Below, piece by piece: positions 46,123-60,981 of a stretch of 64,000 nt of DNA. The translations under genes and the position numbers were made by a program. The DNA is from an uncultured Planctomycetota bacterium (GTDB lineage Bacteria > Planctomycetota > Planctomycetia > Gemmatales > Gemmataceae), in NCBI GenBank assembly GCA_963849325.1, contig CAWKHF010000012.1:1280001-1344000 (forward strand). The letters are read 5' to 3'. The notes beneath the pieces are model-generated. The model saw only the letters and a list, made by a program, of their open reading frames with translations. It was not told the DNA's origin and made no database searches. Within the stretch, counting starts at the first letter, position 1. Each line of letters starts with the position of its first letter.

Positions 46123-47723
46123 ATGACCGAACCATCGCGCTTCTTCCTGACCACCGCCATCGACTACCCCAACAGCCGGCCGCACATCGGCACCGCCTTC
46201 GAGAAGCTCGGCGCCGACGTGCAGGCCCGCTACCGCCGCATGGAGGGGTACGAGGTCTTCTTCCTCATGGGCAACGACGAGAACACCGTCAAGGTCGCCA
46301 AGCGCGCCGCCGAGCTGGGCCTCGAGCCGAAAGCCTACTGCGACGACATGGCCCGCCAGTTCCAGGAGGTCTGGCGCGCCCTGGAGATCAGCTACGACGA
46401 CTTCATCCAGACCAGCGAAGCTGCGCCACCACGCGGGCTGCCGCAAGTTCATCCAGAAGGTCTACGACAACGGCCACATCTACAAGGGCAACTACGAGGG
46501 CTGGTACTGCGAGGGCTGCGAAAGTCTTCAAGACCGACACGGAGATCAAGGAGGCCGGCGGCGTCTGTCCCAATCACAAAGTCCCGCCGGTCCGCCGCAG
46601 CGAGCCGTGCTACTTCTTCGCGCTGTCGAAGTTTCAGGAGCGGCTGCTGCAGTTCTACGAGGAGAATCCCGACTTCATCCAGCCGGAGACCCGCCGCAAC
46701 GAGATCCTCAGCCTGGTGCAGACGCGAGCTGAAGGACATCAACATCACGCGCACTCGGCGAGGCGTGGGGCATCCGCGTGCCCGTTCGACGAGGAGTTCA
46801 CCATCTACGTCTGGTTCGACGCCCTGCTGAACTACATCACCGGCCATCGGCTACGGCACGGACGAGGCGCGTTTCCAGAAGTGGTGGCCGGCCGACCTGC
46901 ACGTCATCGGCAAGGACATCACGCGCTTCCACTGCGCCTTGTGGCCGGCCATGTGCTTGGCCGCCGGCATCGAGCCGCCGCGGCGCGTCTTCGGCCACGG
47001 CTTCGTCTACGTCAAGAACGAGGAGACCGGGGACAGTCGAAAAGATCGAGCAAATCGCTCGGCAACGTCGTCGAGCCGATGGAGCTGATCACGAAGTTCA
47101 GCGCCGAGGCGTTCCGCTACTACTTCCTGCGCGAGTGCCCGTTCCCGGCGATGGCGAGTTCAGCTGGAGCACGCTTCGTCGAGCTGTACAACGCCGACCT
47201 GGCCAACAATCTCGGCAACCTGTACAGCCGCGTCGTCAAGCTGATCAGCCAGCACTACGACGGCCACCTTGCACGAGACGGCCGGCCTGGAGCCGGGCGT
47301 CATCTACACCGAGGCCGACCTGGAGACGACGGTCAAGCAGGTGCAAGGCGCACATCGAGGCTTGCCAGTACAACCAGGCGCTGCAGCGCATCTGGCTGCA
47401 GATGCTCGACCCGGCCAACCAGTACCTCGACCGCACCGAGCCCGTGGAAGCTGGCGCAAGACGGACAAGGCGGCGGCCAGGCAGGTGCTGTACGACCTGG
47501 TCGAGCAGCTGCGGGTGGTCGCGCATCCTGCTCAAGCCGTTCCTGCCGCGCATGGCCGAGACGATCTACAGCAGCTTCAACTTCTCGCAGCCGTGGGACA
47601 GCGTCCGCTACGAGGACGTCTGGTCGCACCCGCGGCAGACCGAGGACCTGCGTCTGATGGCGGAGCTGGAAGACGGCAAGGTCGCAGCCGCTGTTCAAGC
47701 GAATTGAGCTGAAATCCGTCTGA
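46123..47723 (+). CDS. metG: Methionyl-tRNA synthetase-like class I ligase, many frameshifts
   Basis: TTAIDYPNSRPHIG, YEGWYC, YVWFDALLNYIT, IGKDITRFH, KxSKSLGN, LANNLGNL, PLFKRIE. Confidence 0.8.
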
Positions 47724-47736
47724 GAAGCTGTTTCCC

Positions 47737-47782
47737 AAGCCGCTGCGGCTTAGCGCCGGCAGCCGGCAAAGCGTTTGCGGCT

Positions 47783-47783
<1 letters not shown>
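47737..47783. repeat. Degenerate REP-like palindrome, family C
   Basis: aagccgctgcggcttagcg...gcgtttgcggctt between convergent genes. Confidence 0.5.
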
Positions 47784-51343
<3,560 letters not shown>

Positions 51344-51611
51344 GTTCGTGTCGTCAACCGGAGTTTGTTGCCAATCCGAATCGTATCTTACCCGGCCCTG
51401 TTGTCCTCTACCACGATCGCCTTTCCGACATAGGCTCGCAGGGAGCCCCGAATTCATTTCGGCGCGCCAATAATCCGGCTATGTCCAAAAACCGGCACTA
51501 GCTCACAAACTCGAACTTCTGCAATAAATCGACGAAACGGTTGGGCTAACGGATCAGGAAAGGCCGAAGGGAGAAACCGCCATTTCTCATCTAAACAAAA
51601 GACGCTCTGAT

Positions 51612-53068
51612 CTACCAACATACACGTTGAACTTCTCTTCTGATCCAGCCTCGCGCCAGCCGCCGTAGGTCCAGCCGCTGCAGCAAATCGGCCGTAATGG
51701 GGCGTTTGGTGTCCCAAAATACGAACGCCTCGTAGAACTCCTGCGCGATAGAAGAGTTGAGTAGGGCACCCAGATACTCAGCCTGTACCTGCGTCTGGCA
51801 AGGCAGGAAGTAAGAAGTATCGTCAAGCACGACCGGCTTGCCCTTGATCGGGCCAACCGTCACGAACGCGAGTTTCTTGTAGAAGCCGCTGATGGCGATT
51901 TTCCAGGGCGCGAAGCTATACTCCCCGACCCCGAAGATGGAAAACGGTGGACGGTTTCGGTAGATCGAACTTCCTCGCCGATTCAACAGGTCGGCGTGGG
52001 CCTTGAGATAGCTCCACGTCCGAGGCGCTCTATTCTGTAAACCCGTCGTATCCTCATTCACCGTTCGCTGAGTTACAAGCATGTAGCGATTTCCGTTTCC
52101 ACCGCCTTTCGCCACGTGCGAACTTTTCAGCATGGGGTACAGATAAGTATCCTCAAGGTCTACGAGTTCCCCAAGGCCGTTTCGATGCTTCTCTCCCTCC
52201 TGATAGACCTCCATGACCTTGGAACAGTCGTGTTTAATCCCCAGCGCCACTTGAGAACCTCTTCGCCGCACAGATGCTTCCAACGGTGAAAGGCCGCGAT
52301 GTCGGCGAGTAGCATCCCGTCCGCGTAACCGATGACGGTTTCCATCTTGGTCTCGCTATGCAAGCCAGAATACACTTTGGCTTCCCGATCCTGAGCCTGC
52401 GGTCTGAAGTGCGTCACCAGTAAGGCCGCATCAACGGCGGCGTTAAAGTGGAGGTCGGCTTTGATCCGGTAGATCGCCGACCGCTCCAGAGCGGTCCTCG
52501 TCTTCCACCCGTGAAGTAGCGTCTTTCGCGCTACCGATGACTTGCAGAGCATGGCGAGTGTGCCCTGTCGTCCATTCATCGCTTCCAACAGACGGATCAG
52601 CATCCATTCCGATATGTCGAAGTTCGCCTTACCCGTAATGGCGTCGAGTCCATTACGGTTCTGAAAATTCGATTTGGTGGGTAGGTTTTGACTGCCAAGC
52701 GTACTGAGGTGAGCGTTCGTGATCCACGGCAGGTTGCCGAGGACCAGGATCGGCTCGGGCAAATCCGAGATCACCTTCTCCCAGTCCGTGGCGAAAAAAT
52801 CCGCTTCAACGAGTCGTACCTTTTCGGCATCTTGTCGCCGTTGAAGAGCGGCCCTGGTTTGTTTGATGTATTGAGCATTGATGTCCGCGCCAAGAGCTTG
52901 CCGGACCTCCCGAAATTGGTCGAGGCCAGCGAACAGAAATCCCCCCAACCCGCACGTCGGTTCCAGTAAAGCAGTAGGCCGTAGCGCGTGTTTACTCAAG
53001 AGGGTACACACGTCTCGCGCCAACGCCTCGGGAGTCTGGAAGTCACCGTATTCCTTGGTTTTTCTCAT
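51612..53068 (-). CDS. Amino (N6-adenine-type) DNA methyltransferase, frameshift near 52245
   Basis: EYGDFQTP, LEPTCGLGGF (motif I), GNLPW (motif IV variant), continues GIKHDCSKVME. Confidence 0.85.
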
Positions 53069-53164
53069 TTATAACCCGCATCCTCGTGGCCAATTCTTCG
53101 GCCGTGATTTGCTGCTGACATATCACCATTCGTGTAATGGCGAGCGGATGTCGAATCTCACGGA

Positions 53165-53821
53165 CTACCTCAGTTTCAGAATGCCATCGACCTTGCCGGC
53201 CTGCTCGATAACTCGCGCATACTGGAGCCGCCACTGCAAGGCGTTGGAGATAGTCAGGTATCCCTGTTCGCATGGCTTCTTTAGCAGTTCCTCCGCGATG
53301 TTGTTCGCCTCGATGTCATCCACCGGCAGGTTCTTGTCGTGCATGAGGCCGATCAGGTCTTCGGAGTTGCCCCCGGCTTCCAGGTGCTGGCGGATCAATC
53401 GCGTCATGGTGAAGTCGGCTGTGCGGTGCTTTTCGACAAGGACCGTGTGCAAGATATTGAGGATGGCGGTGGTCGTCTTCGGATCGTCCTTCTTCTGGTA
53501 GACGAACACCAGTACGGAATATCCGAGACCAAAGATCTTCTGGCGGGCCGATTGGAAGGGGCATGAAGACTGCGGCTGAGTAATGGCCGTGACCTTCATG
53601 TCCACCTGAAGATCGGGGAAGTCAATGCCAGCCGCCGAACTGGACGATGCGAGGGCATACTTGGACTCAAGATGTGCCCGGAACTTGTGTTCAAGATACG
53701 TTCCAATGGCCTTGCCGTCTGTCACCCCATACAACGTAGGCTCCGGATAGGTGGACTCGACCTCTGCGAAGGCAGCGGCTTCTTGACACAGCCGTTCGAT
53801 TGCCAGCTTCTTCTTCCTCAT
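53165..53821 (-). CDS. Putative type II restriction endonuclease
   Basis: GVTDGKAIGTYLE, GIDFPDLQVDMKVT (PD-DxK-like); directly upstream of the MTase in lower-GC DNA. Confidence 0.8.
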   Translation of the reverse strand: MRKKKLAIERLCQEAAAFAEVESTYPEPTLYGVTDGKAIGTYLEHKFRAHLESKYALASSSSAAGIDFPDLQVDMKVTAITQPQSSCPFQSARQKIFGLGYSVLVFVYQKKDDPKTTTAILNILHTVLVEKHRTADFTMTRLIRQHLEAGGNSEDLIGLMHDKNLPVDDIEANNIAEELLKKPCEQGYLTISNALQWRLQYARVIEQAGKVDGILKLR

Positions 53822-54167
53822 CCGTCATGCTCCGTTCAAGGCGGACTTTCCGCTTACCTCCCAGGTGATCTTTTGAAAAGTGAACATCCTGCTGCCTATC
53901 TCCGCCCCCAGGCTGCACATTCAGGGCAGTCTACCGGCTTGCTGTGCAAAAATCCACCTCTGCCAGGAAGTACCAATACAGAAGTCGGAGGTCTGGTTCT
54001 AGTTGCGCGGCATGGGAGCCAGTAAAACAAGGGCGGACACGAAGAAGTCCGGGGTAGTCGGGAGTTTTATGGCAGATCAGGCTTTTCCGGCAAATTCGGC
54101 ACATGGCCAGACCTTACGTTGAACGGGGAGAGATGATTCACGGAATGGATTTGTCCTGGAGGAAGAG

Positions 54168-54880
54168 ATGATGTCATCGGAGTCCCTGAAATCCGCTGTC
54201 ATACTGTTGAGCGGCGGTCTCGATTCGGCGACCGCGCTGGCGGTGGCCCGCCGCGACGGCTTCCGCTGTCACGCCCTGACCATCGCCTATGGCCAGCGCC
54301 ACGCCGCGGAGTTGGAGGCGGCCCGCCGCGTGGCCGTCGCACTCGGCGCGGTCGAGCAGCGTGTCGTCGAGTTGGACCTGCGCAGCTTCGGCGGCTCGGC
54401 CCTCACGGCGGACATCCCGGTGCCGCGCGACCGCTCGCCCGAAGCCATGAGCGCCGGCATCCCCATCACTTACGTCCCGGCTCGCAACACCGTGTTCCTC
54501 GCCCTCGCCCTGGGTTGGGCCGAGGTGTTGGGCAGCTTCGACATTTACGCGGGCGTCAACATCATTGACTACAGTGGCTATCCCGATTGTCGCCCGGAGT
54601 TCCTGGCGGCGTTCGAGCGGCTGGCGAACCTGGCCACCAAGACCGGCGTCGAAAAGAAGGGACACTTCCGCATCCACGCTCCGTTGATCCGGATGGCGAA
54701 AGCCGACATCATCCGCCTGGGGACATCGCTCGGCGTCGATTACGGGCTGACGCATAGCTGTTACGACCCGGCGGACGACGGCGCGGCCTGCGGCCGCTGC
54801 GATTCCTGTCAGCTGCGCGCGCCGGCTTCGAGGCGGCCGGCGTCCCCGACCCGACCCGTTACGTCTGCTCTGGCTACTGA
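54168..54880 (+). CDS. queC: 7-cyano-7-deazaguanine synthase, frameshift near 54815
   Basis: [42 protein letters not shown]. Confidence 0.95.
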
Positions 54881-54999
54881 GTCTCGCCTTGCGCATCACG
54901 ACCTCCGCCGCCTTCGTCCTTTCTCCCGTTGCTTTCGTCGTGTTACAATCCTCCTCTCGTTTCGCGTTTCGGTCGTTGTCCTGGCTCGGAGGTTCCGCG

Positions 55000-56875
55000 A
55001 TGAAACGACGCATGCGCTTCGTGCAGCTGCTCGGCCTCGTTCTGCTCGCCGGTTCACCCGCCGGCGCCGCGGCGCAGGGACTGGAGTACGTCAAGGCCCA
55101 CTACACCAAATACGAGTACCGCATCCCCATGCGCGACGGCAAGAAGCTCTTCACCGCCGTCTACGTCGCCCAAGGACCAGGCGAAGCGCTATCCCATCCT
55201 GCTGACGCGGACGCCGTACAGCGTCCGGCCCTACGGCGCCGACCAGTACAAGACCGACCTCGGACCGTCGCCGTTGTTCGGCAAGGCCGGCTACATCTTC
55301 GCCTACCAGGACGTGCGCGGCCGCTGGATGTCCGAGGGCGACTTCGTCAACATGCGGCCGCACAATCCGGCGAAGAAGGAAACCGACATCGACGAGAGCA
55401 GCGACACCTGGGACACCATCGACTTCCTGGTCAAGCGCGTGCCAAACAACAACGGCCGCGTCGGCCAGTGGGGCATTTCCTACCCCGGCTTCTACACGGC
55501 CGCCGGCATGATCGACGCGCATCCCGCTCTGAAGGCGTCCTCGCCGCAGGCGCCGGTCACCGACTGGTTCATCGGCGACGACTGGCACCACAACGGCGCC
55601 CTGTTTTTGCCGCACATTTTCAACTTCATGGCTAACTTCGGCCGGCCGCGCCCCGCTCCGACGCGGAAGTTCGAGTACAAGTTCGACCACGAAACGCCGG
55701 ACGGCTACGACTTTTTTCTGCGTCTGGGTCCGCTGCCCAACGCCAACGCTCGCTACTTCAAGGACGACGTCGCCTTCTGGAGCGAGGCGATGCGGCACGG
55801 CACCTATGACGACTTCTGGAAGTCGCGCAACCTGCGGCAGCACCTCAACAAGGTTCGGCCCGCCGTCATGACCGTCGGCGGCTGGTTCGACGCCGAGAAC
55901 CTGTTCGGCGCCCTGGAGACGTACAAGAAAGTCGAGGCGAGCAGTCAAGGCCCGTGCAACGTCCTGGTGATGGGTCCGTGGTTTCACGGCGGCTGGAGCC
56001 GCGGCGACGGCGAAGCGCTGGGACACGTCTCGTTCAACGCCAAGACGTCGGTGTTCTACCGCGAGCACATCGAGTTGCCGTTCTTCGAGTTTCACCTCAA
56101 GGGCGTCGGTGCGTTCAAGCACCCCGAGGCGTGGGTGTTCGAGACGGGAACGAACCAGTGGCGCCGGCACGACGCCTGGCCGCCGAAGACGGCCAAACGT
56201 CAATCGCTCTATCTGCGCGACAAGGGACGGCTATCGTGGAAGGCGCCGGGCGAAAGCGAGGCGGACGGTTACGACGAATACGTCAGCGATCCGGCCAAGC
56301 CGGTGCCGTACCTCGACAAGATCGCCATCGGCATGAGCGCCGAGTACATGGTCGCCGATCAGCGCTTCGCCGGGCGCCGGCCGGACGTGCTGGTGTACGA
56401 GACCGACGTCCTGGATGAAGACGTCACCATCGCCGGACCCATCCGGGTCGATCTGCACGTCTCGACGACGGGCACCGATTCCGATTGGATCGTGAAGCTG
56501 ATCGACGTGTATCCCGACGATTATCCCGACCCGAAGCCGAACCCGACCGGCGTGCATATGGGCGGTTATCAGCAGTTGGTGCGCGGCGACGTGATGCGCG
56601 GCAAGTTCCGCGACAGCTTCGAGAAGCCCGAGCCGTTCGCGCCGGGCAAGCCGGCGGCCGTGTCGTTCACGATGCAGGACAGCTATCACACCTTCCGCAG
56701 TGGGCATCGCATCATGGTGCAAGTGCAATCGAGCTGGTTCCCGCTGGTCGATCGCAATCCGCAGACGTTCGTGGACATTTACCAGGCGAAGGCGTCGGAC
56801 TTCCGCAAGGCGACGCAGCGCGTGTACCGCTCGCGCGAGATGCCGTCGCGTCTGTCGCTGTTGGTGCTGCCGTGA
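55000..56875 (+). CDS. CocE/NonD family hydrolase, frameshift near 55170
   Basis: [47 protein letters not shown]. Confidence 0.92.
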
Positions 56876-56969
56876 CCGAACGCCGAGGGCCGGAAAACTC
56901 CGCTTTCGTCGGCGCAGGCCGGGCAATTATACTTCCGGTAGTTCCGTCACGACATCGGAGGGAGAAAGC

Positions 56970-57677
56970 ATGGCGACGACGAAACCGCGGATCTTTCTGG
57001 CGCTGGAGTACGCCGAATACGCCCAGGAATATCTGCGCAGCCTGCCGCTGGAGCACTTCATGGAAGCGACCGGGCAATCCACGCAGCGGAAAATCACCCT
57101 GGAGAGCCTCGACCTGGTCAGCGCCCGTCGGCCCGAGGTCCAGGTCTTCAGCGAATTGTTGGTGCAGTATCCCTTGCCGCGGCGGAAGCGTCCCGGTCAG
57201 GTCGTACCCGACAACATGGTCGTCATTTGGAAGGAGCCGATCAAAGCCGACGGCAGTTTCGATGTGCCTTTGCAGCCGGCCCGTCCATTCTGGGTATTGG
57301 AGTACGTCTCCAAGCACAACAAGCGCAAGGACTACGAGGTCAACTTCCGCAAGTACGAACGGCAACTGAAGGTGCCGTACTACCTGGTCTTCCACCCGGA
57401 AGATCAGAAGTTGACGTTGTATAAGCACACGGGCGGGAAATACGTGTCGGTGAAGCCAAACTCACACGGTCGTTTGCCGTTGCCCAAGCTGGACCTGGAG
57501 ATGGGACTGCTCGATGGTTGGGTCCGCTTCTGGTATCAGGGCGAACTGCTGCCGTTGCCGGGCGATCTGCTGCGCCAACGGGACGAGGAGCGGCAAGCTC
57601 GCCTGGCGGCGGAGCGAGAGTTGGCGGCGCTGCGGGCGCAGTTGAAACAGATGCGGGGGCGGTCGGTTGGAGAGTAA
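56970..57677 (+). CDS. Uma2 family endonuclease
   Basis: VVPDNMVV, FWVLEYVS, KDY, LKVPYYLVF, C-terminal coiled coil. Confidence 0.85.
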   Translation: MATTKPRIFLALEYAEYAQEYLRSLPLEHFMEATGQSTQRKITLESLDLVSARRPEVQVFSELLVQYPLPRRKRPGQVVPDNMVVIWKEPIKADGSFDVPLQPARPFWVLEYVSKHNKRKDYEVNFRKYERQLKVPYYLVFHPEDQKLTLYKHTGGKYVSVKPNSHGRLPLPKLDLEMGLLDGWVRFWYQGELLPLPGDLLRQRDEERQARLAAERELAALRAQLKQMRGRSVGE

Positions 57678-57683
57678 CGCCGT

Positions 57684-58028
57684 TCACTCCGACTTCGACG
57701 ACGCGGCGAGGAGTACCTCGACCGCCTCGCGTCCGGTCATGCCGAGGCGAATGCCCAGATCCTTCGCGGGCTGCGAAGCCTCGACGATCTGGGCGTCGAA
57801 CAGATCTTCGGGGTTGACGAGCGGTTTTTCCGGCGTGCCGCGAGCGATGGCGACGGCTTGACCGAACTCGCCGGCCGTCTTCACATCATAGATGCCGCAG
57901 CCGACCAACCCGGCCTCGGTCAAGAGTACGCAGTATTGTCCCTTACGCCAGCGGTTGCTGATGCCGATGGCGCAACCGTTGGCAAACGGGATTGGTCGCG
58001 CGATCGTGCGGGGCAGCGGTTCATTCAT
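57684..58028 (-). CDS. DUF1805 (YunC-like) protein
   Basis: GLVGCGIYD, AIARG, AKDLGIRLGMTGREA. Confidence 0.8.
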   Translation of the reverse strand: MNEPLPRTIARPIPFANGCAIGISNRWRKGQYCVLLTEAGLVGCGIYDVKTAGEFGQAVAIARGTPEKPLVNPEDLFDAQIVEASQPAKDLGIRLGMTGREAVEVLLAASSKSE

Positions 58029-58046
58029 GGTATCTTCTTCCTTCTT

Positions 58047-58099
58047 TCCGAGCTGAAGCGTAAGCGAAGAGTGCTCTTCGCTTACGCTTCAGGCTCGGA
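58047..58099. repeat. REP-like palindrome, family B
   Basis: tccgagctgaagcgtaagcgaagag-tg-ctcttcgcttacgcttcaggctcgga. Confidence 0.9.
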
Positions 58100-58147
58100 T
58101 CGGCGCCGAATGCCCATCTTGCTCCCCATCATAGCCGGCCGTTCGCC

Positions 58148-59806
58148 TCACGGCTCGTTGCGGCTCTTTTTCGCCATCCGCAGAACACGCCAGACGAGGA
58201 ACAGGCTGCACGGCAGGCCGAGCACACCGGGGAGAGAAATGTCGAAAAACGGCTCGGCCAGAACGTGGTGACACAGCATCAGTGTCGAGCCGAGGAACAG
58301 CGACGCGCTGACCAGGCCGTCCACCAGCAGGGCGACCGACGTCTCCAGGCGGCGGTGCTCCAGGTGGAACTTGAACTGGCCGCGCTTAGTGCGTTCGAGG
58401 ATGTCGCCCAGGTCGCCGGGCAGCGTCCGCATCAGCTGGTCCCATTCCAGGAACATCCGTCGCAGGTGACGAAAGATTCGCCGTGGCGAGAGCTTCTCCT
58501 GCACGGCCCGGCGGTAGTACGGCTGGATCATCTCGGCCAGGCTGAACGAACGGTCCAGCTTCCGCGACGTGCCCTCCAGCACGATCAGCGCCTTGAGCAG
58601 CAGCGCCAGGTTGGCCGGCAGCAGCAGGTGATAACGACGGATGATGTCGGTCAGGCCGTTGAGTGCGCCGGAGACGTCGAACTGGTTGAGCGACTGCGTG
58701 CCGTAGTCGGCGAGGAAATCGTGTACCTCCGTCTCGAAGGCGTCGCGGTCGAGGTCGGCCGGCACGCGCGCCAGCCGCGTCACCATGTCGGTGAAGCGGC
58801 TGGAATCGCTGGCGATGGCGGACAGTAGCATGGTCGTGAAGGCGTCGCGCGTGTGCTCGTCGAGTCGGCCGACCATGCCGCAGTCGATGACGCCGATGAC
58901 CGTGTGGGCCAACACCAGCAGATTGCCGGGGTGCGGGTCGGCGTGGTAGAAGCCGTCACGGAAAATCATGCCGAGGATGACGTCGGCGCCGCGGCGGGCG
59001 ATGGCTCGCAGGTCGTGTCCCTCCTCTCGAAGCCGAACCGTGTCGTCGATGGGGACGCCGTCGAGGTAGTCCAGGGTCAGCACGCGCCGCGACGACAGCG
59101 CGGGATGCGGCGCGGGAAAGCGGACGGTTCGGTCGCCGGCGAAGTTGTGCAGGAACTCGTCGATGTGGCGCAGTTCGCGGCGAAAGTCCAGCTCGCGCAG
59201 CAGGGTACGGCGGAACTCGGTCATGGTGGCGACCGGCCGATAGTGCCGTAGTTCGGTGCTGTACTTCTCGCCCAGGTCGGCCAGGGCCATCATGATGTCG
59301 AGGTCGGTGGCGACCTTGTCCTCGATGTTGTGGTGCAGCACCTTGACGACGACCTGTCGGCCATCGTGCAGGAGGGCGCGGTGGACCTGACCGATCGACG
59401 CCGAGGCGAACGCCGCCGCCTCGAACTCGGCGAACAGTTCGACGATCGGCTTGTGCAGCTCCGACTCGATGAGGGTACGGGCGGTGTCGGGCGGGTCGGC
59501 CGGCGTGTCGTCCTGCAAGCTGGAGAGCTCGTCGGCGAGGGCGGGGCCGACGAGGTCGGGCGGCGTGCTGAGGATCTGGCCGAGCTTGATGAAGGTGGTG
59601 CCCATCTCGGTCAGGGCCATGCGGATGCGTACCTCGGTGGACAGTCCGGCGATGGGCCGGCCGTCGAAGCCGGTGAGGAAGCGGCGAACCGGGCGGACGT
59701 TGACGGCCTTGAGCCAGTCGGCCAGGCTGTATTTGCAGAGAATGGTCACGATCTGGGCCAGCCGGCCGGCGGTGCGTTGCCCTCGGGCGAGGGTCGTGAG
59801 GTCCAT
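58148..59806 (-). CDS. ABC1/AarF/UbiB family kinase
   Basis: FIKLGQILST, ASASIGQVH, VVVKV, ELDF, GFYHADPHPGN, IDCGMVG. Confidence 0.93.
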   Translation of the reverse strand: MDLTTLARGQRTAGRLAQIVTILCKYSLADWLKAVNVRPVRRFLTGFDGRPIAGLSTEVRIRMALTEMGTTFIKLGQILSTPPDLVGPALADELSSLQDDTPADPPDTARTLIESELHKPIVELFAEFEAAAFASASIGQVHRALLHDGRQVVVKVLHHNIEDKVATDLDIMMALADLGEKYSTELRHYRPVATMTEFRRTLLRELDFRRELRHIDEFLHNFAGDRTVRFPAPHPALSSRRVLTLDYLDGVPIDDTVRLREEGHDLRAIARRGADVILGMIFRDGFYHADPHPGNLLVLAHTVIGVIDCGMVGRLDEHTRDAFTTMLLSAIASDSSRFTDMVTRLARVPADLDRDAFETEVHDFLADYGTQSLNQFDVSGALNGLTDIIRRYHLLLPANLALLLKALIVLEGTSRKLDRSFSLAEMIQPYYRRAVQEKLSPRRIFRHLRRMFLEWDQLMRTLPGDLGDILERTKRGQFKFHLEHRRLETSVALLVDGLVSASLFLGSTLMLCHHVLAEPFFDISLPGVLGLPCSLFLVWRVLRMAKKSRNEP

Positions 59807-59977
59807 GGGGCGGGGACTCCGAGATCGGGAACTCTCCGCGGTTCTTCGTTGGCTCTGCCCCAATCTTAGCTGCGCCGCCGCCGTCGGTCAGGATCAACCG
59901 CTCGGCGACCCCTGGCGGGGCGGCCGTTTATCGACTATGCTGCCGCCCAGGAACCTACTCACTCCGAGGGACTCACC

Positions 59978-60904
59978 ATGCTCGCTCTCTTTCTGCTCTC
60001 GGCCGTGCTGCCCGGCCAGTTGCCGGCCGACGACGCCGTCAAGCCGGCGCAAGTGGTCGTTGTGCCCGAGTACAGCGAGGGCATCGTCTTCGACCACGCC
60101 GGCAACGCCTACATCTCGCACGGCAAGATCATCACGCAAATCGGCCGCGACGGCAAGGCCCATAAGTGGGCCGAGACCGGTGCGCCGAACGGCCACAAGA
60201 TCCTGGCCGACGGCACGCACTTGGTCTGCGACGCCAGCCATCACGCCGTCCTGCACCTGGACGCCGACGGCAAGATGTTGCCGCACGCCGCCAAGGAGTG
60301 CGACGGCCAACCGCTCCGCGCTCCCAACGACCTGACCCTCGATCCCAAGGGCGGCTTCTACTTCACTGATCCCGCCGACTCCAGCGCCGACAAGCCGGTC
60401 GGCACCGTCCACTACGTCGATCCGCGCGGCCGGACGCACCGGATCGCCCACGGCTTCGCTTACCCCAACGGCATCGTGCTGCGGCCGGGCGGCAAGACGC
60501 TGTTGGTGGCCGAGAGCCGACACAACCGCATCCTCGCCTTCGCCGTGCTCGAACCCGGCAAGGTCGGCGAAAAGCAAGTCTTCGCCGAGTTGCCAACGAA
60601 GAAGGGCGACCAGATCGACAACCAGCCCGACGGCATGTGCCTGGACGCCGACGGCAACCTGTACGTCGCCCACTACGGCATGCATCAGGTTCAGGTGCTC
60701 GGCCCAGACGGCCGACTGCTGCGCCGCTACCCCGGCGGCACGCTGACGACCAGCAATGTCGCCTTCAGTGGTCCCAACATGGACCAGCTCTACGTCACGG
60801 GGGCGCTGGGCGAGGAGAAGGGCAGCAAGGGGGCGTTGTTCCGGCTCGATTTGAAGGGCGTCAAGGGGCTGGTGATCCTGCCGAAAAAAGCAGGGAAGCC
60901 TTGA
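59978..60904 (+). CDS. SMP-30/gluconolactonase family protein
   Basis: SEG, PND, YFTDP, PNGI, PDGMCLDADGNLYVA. Confidence 0.92.
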   Translation: MLALFLLSAVLPGQLPADDAVKPAQVVVVPEYSEGIVFDHAGNAYISHGKIITQIGRDGKAHKWAETGAPNGHKILADGTHLVCDASHHAVLHLDADGKMLPHAAKECDGQPLRAPNDLTLDPKGGFYFTDPADSSADKPVGTVHYVDPRGRTHRIAHGFAYPNGIVLRPGGKTLLVAESRHNRILAFAVLEPGKVGEKQVFAELPTKKGDQIDNQPDGMCLDADGNLYVAHYGMHQVQVLGPDGRLLRRYPGGTLTTSNVAFSGPNMDQLYVTGALGEEKGSKGALFRLDLKGVKGLVILPKKAGKP

Positions 60905-60914
60905 AGGCACGACC

Positions 60915-60968
60915 AGTCCGGAGGCGTCCGCCCCAGACGGGTCGGACCCGTCGCGGACGCTCCGGACT
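60915..60968. terminator. GC-rich nested hairpin between convergent genes
   Basis: agtccgga/tccggact, gcgtccgc/gcggacgc, gacgggtc/gacccgtc. Confidence 0.5.
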
Positions 60969-60981
60969 TGCCAAATGGACC

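Noticed and set aside
54168-54880. queC as part of a Dpd or Qat anti-phage system with the adjacent R-M pair
   Set aside because: It looks like a canonical-length housekeeping QueC; no dpdA/tgt, TatD or Qat ATPase neighbours, and it is divergent from the R-M genes
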